A stretch of 57,827 nt of DNA from Octopus bimaculoides. Taxonomy: Eukaryota. The notes below the pieces were generated by a model that was given only the letters and a program-made list of their open reading frames with translations, was not told the origin of the DNA and searched no databases. The DNA is taken from positions 46,992,004 to 47,049,830 of the forward strand of contig NC_068995.1 in assembly GCF_001194135.2 (NCBI RefSeq), written 5' to 3'. Position numbers and translations under genes: made by a program. Shown piece by piece: positions 50,002-57,827 of this stretch. Numbering within the stretch: the first letter of the stretch is position 1; each line of letters starts with the position of its first letter.

Positions 50002-50074
50002 GGTCACTGCCTGGAATCGAACTCAGAATCTTGAGGTTAGTAGCCCGCGGTCTTAACCACTACGCCATATGCCC
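50002..50074 (-). ncRNA. tRNA-like (tRNA-Arg-related) Pol III promoter cassette within the PLE 3' region; probably not a functional tRNA
   Basis: 73 nt GGGCATATGGCGTAGTGGTTAAGACCGCGGGCTACTAACCTCAAGATTCTGAGTTCGATTCCAGGCAGTGACC. A box TGGCGTAGTGG and B box GTTCGATTCC are at tRNA spacing; the variable loop AGATT is as in tRNA-Arg(ACG). Stems are only partly paired. Confidence 0.65.
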
Positions 50075-50103
50075 GTGGGGAATTATGGAGTGAATTTTAG
50101 GGC

Positions 50104-50433
50104 TTATAAATCTAATATTCTCCTATCCTTCCTTAATACCGGTTCCCATATGCTGTTCATATCTGCACTCGGTCTGCTTAGGAGGTTGTTGTGTCCTAGC
50201 ATATGTGCTGCTTCTTTTAGTTTTCGTATTTTCCAGTGGTGTTCTTTGTCTAATATTTTAACTTCATCCCACAGGGGGAGGCGGTCTCCATTTTTCCATA
50301 CATGATCAGCTATACCCGATTTATCAATATCTCCCCGTGTCACAGCTTTGCGATGTTCCTCTACCCTTATTTTGAGGGGGCAACATGTTTCGCCTTTGTA
50401 TAACTTACCACAACTGCATGGGATGGAGTACAT
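50104..50433 (-). pseudogene. GIY-YIG endonuclease domain of the Penelope-like element
   Basis: MYSIPCSCGKLYKGETCCPLKIRVEEHRK (GIY...YIG-equivalent motifs, catalytic R) and distal KLKEA (catalytic E). Confidence 0.85.
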
Positions 50434-52079
50434 ATTATTCTTTTCTATTGGTGGTTTTACTCGAAGTTATTTGCGAAGTGTTGTATTACTTTTGAATACT
50501 GTCCTGATGTCATATGGGCCGCATATCTTTTGTATTTTTTCGAAGAGGCCTTTCACATAGGGTAGACACCCTGTCGACCGTTTATCGGTTTCGTCCTCTC
50601 TTTTCGTCATAATTGGAGTGGAGAGTATGCTTTTGGAGGTAGTTGTTGCTTAATAGATTGTTACTGAGCATAATCATTTCTTCATTGTGGGTATCACGAT
50701 CGCTACTTATATTCATTGCTTTATGATTTAGGCACTGAGCAATCCCTCTCTTTACACTATATGGATAGTGGGAGCTGAAGTTAAGGTATCGTCCAGTGAA
50801 GGTCGACTTGCGGTATACAGATGTCCTGTATCCATACTTGGTGCGTGTTATTAATACGTCTAGGAATGCTAGCTGATTGAAAAAGACAATCAGCTAGCAT
50901 TCCTGTTGGACGGCCATTTTATCTATGTAAACAGAAATTCTAAAGAATTTGTATCGCTTTTGCTCAGCACCCGACTGCCATGAACAGGAAATCCTTTTGT
51001 GTTTGCTTTTGCTTTGTGCTCTGTCTTAAACTGAACTCACAACGGAATGATACGCTTTTTCCACTCTCAAATAGTTACAATAGGAGGCATGTTTTAACTG
51101 AATGAAACATCAAATCACCGTATCTCTTTCCGCAAGGTCACTTATGTTAATAACACTACTTACCACAACACATGAATTATTCAAGTGAATTGCACAAACA
51201 TTTTCTTGCAAATTCATTTGTGTAAACCTTACTTTCGTTGGAGTTGTAATTTGAAACTTGTTATTTATCACTGTCTGCATTGCAGTCTAATTCAAAACTG
51301 TATTTCGCCAACTTTCAGAAAAAACACGAGCAACTGTATTGAATACATTCAATTTACAGTACATCTCTGTCGAAAGAGGTTCATGCTACTTTTGGTGCAT
51401 AGAAAACAGAGGAACGCTGATTTATGTATCTTTAGTGTTGTTATCTAGGAGCATTCATTATTTTTTTCACATACAAACAGATATACACAGACACATACAT
51501 CGATGCAACCAAACCAACTATTAAAGCAGACGATACCTCACGCGCACTATGACACAAAATAGATGCATGCGTGAATAAATATGTCAAGCTGTATTTAAAG
51601 GCGTTTGAGTTACTATGTACGTATGTATAGATATAGCGTATGAGACTGCGTGAGTATCTACGTCTGCATATGTCTGAAAAGTTGGGTAGAGTTGTAAGTA
51701 TTTATATACGTCAGAATTTCTCTGTATATAATATATGAATGTATCTGTGTATGTGCTTATGTTTTTACACATTTCTATGTATCTATAAATTTCGTATATA
51801 TATGTTAATCTTTATGTAGATCTGTTGTATATATGTACTTCATACATATGTGTACATGTGTGTGTGTGTGTGTGTGCGAGCGTACGTGCGTGTTTGTGTG
51901 TGTGTATTGTGGGCGTTGTGTGTATATATTTTTGTACGCAGATATGGGGCTGTAATGCCATTTGCAAGATAATACATAATTTGGTAGTATAATATATGGA
52001 CTAACTAATACAGTACCTACTGAAGTATATATGATAAGAGCTGCTGCAAGAGAAACAAAAAGAAACAGCAATGGCTGTG

Positions 52080-52122
52080 GTACTCACGACTAGAATAACT
52101 ACTACTGAAACAACAACAGCAA

Positions 52123-52154
<32 letters not shown>

Positions 52155-52334
52155 ACACCGATACTAGAAACAACAGTAAAGAATATATAAGAATATATAA
52201 TTAAACGACAGTAGCAACTACAGCAGCAACGAAAGCACCAACACGAACTAAACAACTACTATTACTACTACTACTACTACTACCACCATTACAACTGCTG
52301 CTGCTGCTGCCGCTGCTGTTGCCGCTGCTGCTGT

Positions 52335-52382
<48 letters not shown>

Positions 52383-52513
52383 CAGTAAGTAATAACATCT
52401 GTAGCAACATCATCATCGTCGTCATCATTGTCGACGTCGTCACCATCATCATCCTCATCAATATCCTCCTCCTCCTCCTCCTCCTCCTCCTCCTCATTAC
52501 CATCGTCGTCATC

Positions 52514-52544
<31 letters not shown>

Positions 52545-53091
52545 TCGTCATCATCATCACCACCACCACCACCACTACTACCACCACCACCACCACCACT
52601 AGCAGCAGCAGCAGCAGTAGCAGCGGTGGCGACAGCAACAGCAGCTAANNNNNNNNNNNNNNNNNNNNNNNNNNNNNNNNNNNNNNNNNNNNNNNNNNNN
52701 NNNNNNNNNNNNNNNNNNNNNNNNNNNNNNNNNNNNNNNNNNNNNNNNNNNNNNNNNNNNNNNNNNNNNNNNNNNNNNNNNNCATCATCATCATCATCAT
52801 CGTCATCATCATCACCACCACCACCACCACTACTACCACCACCACCACCACCACTAGCAGCAGCAGCAGCAGTAGCAGCGGTGGCGACAGCAACAGCAGC
52901 TAAACCACAGCAGTTGAACAGATTAAAATAAAACTAACCGCAGAAACTACGACAGCAACAGCAGTAAGCATCCAGTTCACCAGCACCACATCTTCCATCG
53001 CCACCGCCACCACTACCACCACCAACACAATCATCATCATCATCATCATCATCATCATTATACAGGCAGCAACACCACCACCAGCACCACC

Positions 53092-53151
<60 letters not shown>

Positions 53152-53336
53152 GTCGTGGTCATCATCATCATCATCATCACACAGCCAACAACACTACCAC
53201 CAGCATCATCATCATCATCATCATCATCATCAGCATCATCATCGACAACAGCAACAAGAACTATAACACCAGTAGCAACATTTAAAATAACATCAACCGC
53301 ATCAACAACCGCAGCAGAAACAGCAAGAGGGTAACG

Positions 53337-53378
<42 letters not shown>

Positions 53379-53379
53379 G

Positions 53380-53413
<34 letters not shown>

Positions 53414-53430
53414 AACAACGACGACATCGT
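52080..53430. repeat. Large compound trinucleotide low-complexity block (ACA, CTA, CTG, CAT, CCT, CAC)
   Basis: Direct reading; includes an N gap at about 52649-52782. Confidence 0.9.
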
Positions 53431-53915
53431 TTCTCAAAAGATCAACTCAAGAAGAAAAAAAAACGCATCTACACCAACAACAAGAAGAACTTTTAAAAAA
53501 TCAGCAACAATAAACGTTATCGATTTTCAACATAGTCACAAGTTCAGTCTAAAATCAGTACCGATCAGATAGATATTTCGTCGGACATTCTATCCATGAC
53601 CAACACATCGAATTAGGTGTACGTAGAACTAACAGTATTTCACGTATTCATTACATTCGAGATACGTCTGGCTTGTATTTCTAGCATATAGGGTGACCAC
53701 ATAGAGACTCCTTCGTTGCTCGTGCACTTTGGCTGTTATTTCTAGTGGGTCTATGGACTGCATAATGTCCTTCTCGCTGGTTTGTATCTATCTATCTATC
53801 TGTCTGTCTGTCTGTCTGTCTGTCTCTGTCTGTCTGTCTGTCCGTCCGTCTGCCCGTCTGTCTGTCTGTCTNNNNNNNNNNGTCTCTGTCTGTCTGTCTG
53901 TCCGTCCGTCTGCCC

Positions 53916-53947
<32 letters not shown>

Positions 53948-55069
53948 GCCTGTCTGTCTGTCTATCTATCTATGTATCTATCTGTCTATTTATCTATCTA
54001 TCCGTCTATCCATCCATCCATCCATCCATCCATACCGAACTCTGCTGTGAAAACAAATTCTAGGAATAAGACTAGCCAACTATATCTGTCTACATACCGA
54101 ATTGAAAAACAACTCTTCTAGCTTCGTTTGTTGACGTACCGACTCATCAGTGAATGTTTATTTCCTATATCTTGCACCGACTTCAAAATGAATTGCAAAG
54201 GTAACTATACCAATAAGAATAGTTACTACATAAACAACATTATTAATTACAATGTATTAATCCAGGTGACCATTGATCACGCTGCGTAATATGATTTTTG
54301 TCCATGGGTAGCGACTCTTATTTCCTATTTGGCTATCTGTAAAGAGTATAACAAATGGCTAATATTTCCTTCAAACTTTGCTATTGTAATACTTATTCAA
54401 ACCCCACAAAGAATCCCTCTCAACACATGGCTATGATGCTCCCCCAATACCCCTCCTAATGGTCGGAGATGCACATATTGTCAGCCACTAAGGGACATGT
54501 TCAACTGGTTATGGTCAAACAACTGACAAGCAATTCTGTGGTATTGAGCAGAATATTTGCTGTAATGATATTTCTGCTTCAGCAACTCAGCTCTGAGTCT
54601 GTCTGAAGTGTAATGGAAAATAGATCAGTTTCAAAACATTGATCTCCAAGTTACAAAAGTAACGCTTGAAGGGAATAGTAGTAATTTCCTTTGATTTCTG
54701 GATAAAAGCAAATAGAAAATAACACTTACTGACCAAAGACAAAAAAAAAAAAATCTTTTTACATCGTGTTTTCTATCACAGATAGTGACAACCACCGAAA
54801 TTTGAAAGTAAACTTATAGAAAACATAAAAGAGGCTTCCATCTAGTATTTTATTGCCTCCACGTTTATAACTTTGATACTACTGTATATACGCAGATCCT
54901 AGAGTGCATTCAGATCGGAAAATGCGCAACCCGACTGTCTGATAGGGACTAATTCGCCGACACACTCCAACTTCTGTCCCATACACATACCATTCTCTCT
55001 CTCTCTCTCTCCCTTTGTCTTTCTCTCTCCCTTTGTATCTCTCTCTCCCTTTGTCTCTCACTCTCCCTT

Positions 55070-55115
<46 letters not shown>

Positions 55116-55643
55116 NNNNNNNNNNNNNNNNNNNNNNNNNNNNNNNNNNNNNNNNNNNNNNNNNNNNNNNNNNNNNNNNNNNNNNNNNNNNNNNNNNNNN
55201 NNNNNNNNNNNNNNNNNNNNNNNNNNNNNNNNNNNNNNNNNNNNNNNNNNNNNNNNNNNNNNNNNNNNNNNNNNNNNNNNNNNNNNNNNNNNNNNNNNNN
55301 NNNNNNNNNNNNNNNNNNNNNNNNNNNNNNNNNNNNNNNNNNNNNNNNNNNNNNNNNNNNNNNNNNNNNNNNNNNNNNNNNNNNNNNNNNNNNNNNNNNN
55401 NNNNNNNNNNNNNNNNNNNNNNNNNNNNNNNNNNNNNNNNNNNNNNNNNNNNNNNNNNNNNNNNNNNNNNNNNNNNNNNNNNNNNNNNNNNNNNNNNNNN
55501 NNNNNNNNNNNNNNNNNNNNNNNNNNNNNNNNNNNNNNNNNNNNNNNNNNNNNNNNNNNNNNNNNNNNNNNNNNNNNNNNNNNNNNNNNNNNNNNNNNNN
55601 NNNNNNNNNNNNNNNNNNNNNNNNNNNNNNNNNNNNNNNNNNN

Positions 55644-55742
55644 ATCAGTTAATTATGATTTCATTCAACATATTCCCCTCTCAAATTCACACACTTATTG
55701 CAGTGGTCCTTCAGTTTTTCTAAACCCTGTAAAAAGAACATG
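55644..55742 (-). mobile_element. Mariner-derived element remnant (same family as 47920)
   Basis: Minus strand encodes LQGLEKLKDHCNKCVNLRGEYVE*. Confidence 0.72.
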
Positions 55743-56694
55743 AAATGTTGGGTTTCCAATTAGGCCCTTTGTGATAACTTTAAAGCCAAAAAGTTCTCAA
55801 CACCCATTCGTAAAACGCAACTTCCTGCTTCAATCGATGCTTGATGTAAATTGTATGAAATAAAATGCGAGAAGCGATACTGCTTGTGTGAGACTGGAAA
55901 AATCGGATTATAAGATTTCGTGTTGAGCCCTTTTTACGGAAGATTGTTTTTTTTTTTCTTTCGGCCATTTTAAGAACTATATTTCAGCTTATCGTATACC
56001 GATGCAATCTACCATTTTTCTATTCATGTATTCTAGAGTTGCGACTTGCACCTCTAATGTATTCAAAAGAAGTATTTGATGCGTCTTATATTTTCCTTCT
56101 TCGTTAAAAATATTTAAGTTCGCGTATTGTCAATAGCAATCAATAACAACAGAGATTGCTGTTGGTGTTGTTGTTTAGTAAGTTGTTCTTTAGCTTCAGA
56201 TTAGGTCTGATCAAACAGACTTATGATCAAAAGGCATTTCGCTGGTGATAATCCGTTTTTTTTTATAGATCTTTTTGATCAGAGCTGATCTGGGGACTAA
56301 GTAACAACAACAACTACACCAATCATTGATTACATTTGACATTCATCTCGCTTTTTTCTTTTTCTTCTTTGGTTTTTTTTCCAGATACTATATATCTAAG
56401 ATCACATCCGATCTACCCTTTGTTAAGACGGTGGGATATGATTTACGGAGAGATTTGGTTCCTACTTCACCCTTGTCGATAACCACAATGCCGTTCTTTA
56501 CTTAGTTGGTTTTAATGTAGTTAAACAGAAATAGTAGAGATCTGTCTCAATTGGAAAACTGAGAAAATCAAATATTTATATTTACACACACACACACACA
56601 CAACAAACATACGCCTACATACACACTCATACACACACACACACACGTNNNNNNNNNNGCTTGTTTGCCCTCGATTAATTATATGTCCTTCTGG

Positions 56695-56772
56695 CAGATG
56701 ACATCCACAGACGATATGCGCAGACGACATCCGCAGACGACATCCGCAGACGATATCTGCTGATGACATCAC
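56695..56772 (+). repeat. 13-bp minisatellite, 6 copies (consensus CAGACGACATCCG)
   Basis: cagatgacatcca cagacgatatgcg cagacgacatccg cagacgacatccg cagacgatatctg ctgatgacatcac. Confidence 0.9.
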
Positions 56773-56800
56773 GGAAAATTTTTCCAATCATGCTCTTTTA

Positions 56801-57827
56801 AAGGACCATAAACTTGACTTTCTGTTAAACCCATCAATTAGATTAATATGTCCGACCAAATCGGATTTGGGCCGAATTAGCAAATCGGTAATTGACCGTA
56901 TTATTCCTGTTATTAGAGGCAAGGTTCAACTCCCATTATGGAGTTTCACGGGGGATGTCATTATTTAGTTTGATTCCCTTAGGGATAAAACATCTCTTAG
57001 CTTCCTACAATTCGATATTTCGAATTACTATAATTCGATATCCCCCATACTTTTAAATAAGGCCTTGATTTTCGCCCGCAAATTTGTTGATTTATCAAGC
57101 ACCGATATTGACATTATCTTAGCGGCTAGAGAGACCCTTATATCATACAACGAAGTTGAATGGCAAAGAGTGGACTCAACGATTTTTTTTATATTACTAT
57201 GGGGTCATCGGATTCCGCACAGTTAGCGGACTTAGTCGGACTATACCACCTGTCGCAAATTAAGGCCAGTTTTCCCCTTCTTACCGGTGGATTATACAGG
57301 GATGATGCCCTTTTAGCAGTAAGGGGTAGATCTAAATCTGTTTTAAATAGGTTGAGGAAGTCCCTGAGGTGTTTCCTTAAGGACTTCTTCAACCTAGATA
57401 TTATATTTGATATTAACTCCAGGAAAATAAATTTCCTGGACGTAACATTGTGCTTGGATACGGGTCTGTTTTGCCCATTCCGAAAACCTAATAAATCTGT
57501 GTCATATTTGAATGTCTCATCAAATCATCCAAGATCTACAATAGATAGTATTGTTACGGGCATTTCGATTAGAATATCAAATCTATCATCGAACGAAGAA
57601 ATTTTTAACCAACACGCGCCAGCTTATAATAACGCTCTGGAGGCAAGCGACTTCAAAACTAGAATTTCATATATACATAACGCAAGACTTAAAAATAAGA
57701 TGGCAGGTTTACCACCCGACCATATTGCGTTCGATCGGTGTGGAGGTAAGACATTTTTAGTAGTAACCTAGTAAGCAATCTTTTAGAAACGGGAATGGGA
57801 ACAATGGAAATATAAATAAAAATAGGA
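56801..57827 (+). mobile_element. Penelope-like element reverse transcriptase (second PLE lineage), pseudogenised, runs off the window end
   Basis: Translation KDHK..NPSIRLICPTKSDLGRISK..FLQFDISNYYNSIS..ITMGSSDSAQLADLVGLY..GGLYRDDAL..INFLDVTL..PFRKPN..YLNVSSNHP. One in-frame stop near 56966 and a frameshift in the poly-T near 57185; ORF 57160-57771 is the downstream part. Confidence 0.88.

Larger units (their letters stand above)
49815..50904 (-). mobile_element. 5'-truncated, degenerate Penelope-like element (RT thumb/linker, GIY-YIG endonuclease, 3' pLTR)
   Basis: Minus-strand translation NQLAFLDVLITRTKYGYRTSVYRKSTFTGRYLNFSSHYP...LPYVKG...YSIPCSCGKLYKGET...RVEEHRKA...SGIADHVW...RKLKEA is typical of the PLE RT C-terminus and GIY-YIG domain. 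It contains stops and a frameshift, and is followed by tRNA-like and hammerhead modules. Confidence 0.9.
48950..51345 (+). repeat. Diverged ~350-400 bp direct repeat pair (about 48950-49350 and 50990-51345) flanking the PLE
   Basis: Collinear blocks caatagga(a/g)gca(c/t)gtttta, tctttcc(ggc/gca)aggtcac(g/t)tat(t/g)ttaataac(g/a)cta, acacatgaattatt and tctaattcaaa(c/a)ctgta(c/t)ttcgc. Confidence 0.7.

Noticed and set aside
50002-50074. Functional tRNA gene call
   Set aside because: Acceptor, anticodon and T stems contain several mismatches; treated as a tRNA-derived module.
52531-52902. Identical ~120-bp block on both sides of the gap at about 52649-52782 (similarly 53818-53930 across a 10-N gap)
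   Set aside because: Most likely overlapping contig ends left unmerged by the scaffolder, not a real duplication.
54320-54560. Segment that feels like a common octopus interspersed repeat
   Set aside because: Single copy in this window with no ORF, TIR or promoter boxes; not supportable from the sequence alone.

Overview
AT-rich, microsatellite-dense eukaryotic scaffold with many N gaps. The repeat families suggest an Octopus-type cephalopod genome; this rests on my recollection of those families, not a database search. There is one clear protein-coding gene: a full-length but divergent EFR3 homologue (PI4KA scaffold) with an intron-free CDS at 32947-35340 (+), a candidate retrogene. A 153-aa K/R-rich ORF at 28849-29310 (-) lies behind a well-formed 66-nt intron and is a weaker gene candidate. 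The rest is mostly mobile DNA: two tRNA-derived SINE families (about 20 copies or fragments) and several Penelope-like element (PLE) remnants. One PLE carries a 73-nt tRNA-like Pol III cassette directly followed by a minimal hammerhead ribozyme, and a second hammerhead copy shows stem covariation. There are also R4/Dong-like RLE-LINE 3' ends, a CR1-type LINE end sharing its tail with one SINE family, and mariner ends. A 667-bp MITE with perfect TIRs, an 8-bp TSD and internal TTAGGG repeats is nested in an older foldback. Almost all long ORFs in the supplied track are artefacts of N gaps or microsatellites. No CRISPR, rRNA or intact tRNA gene was seen.
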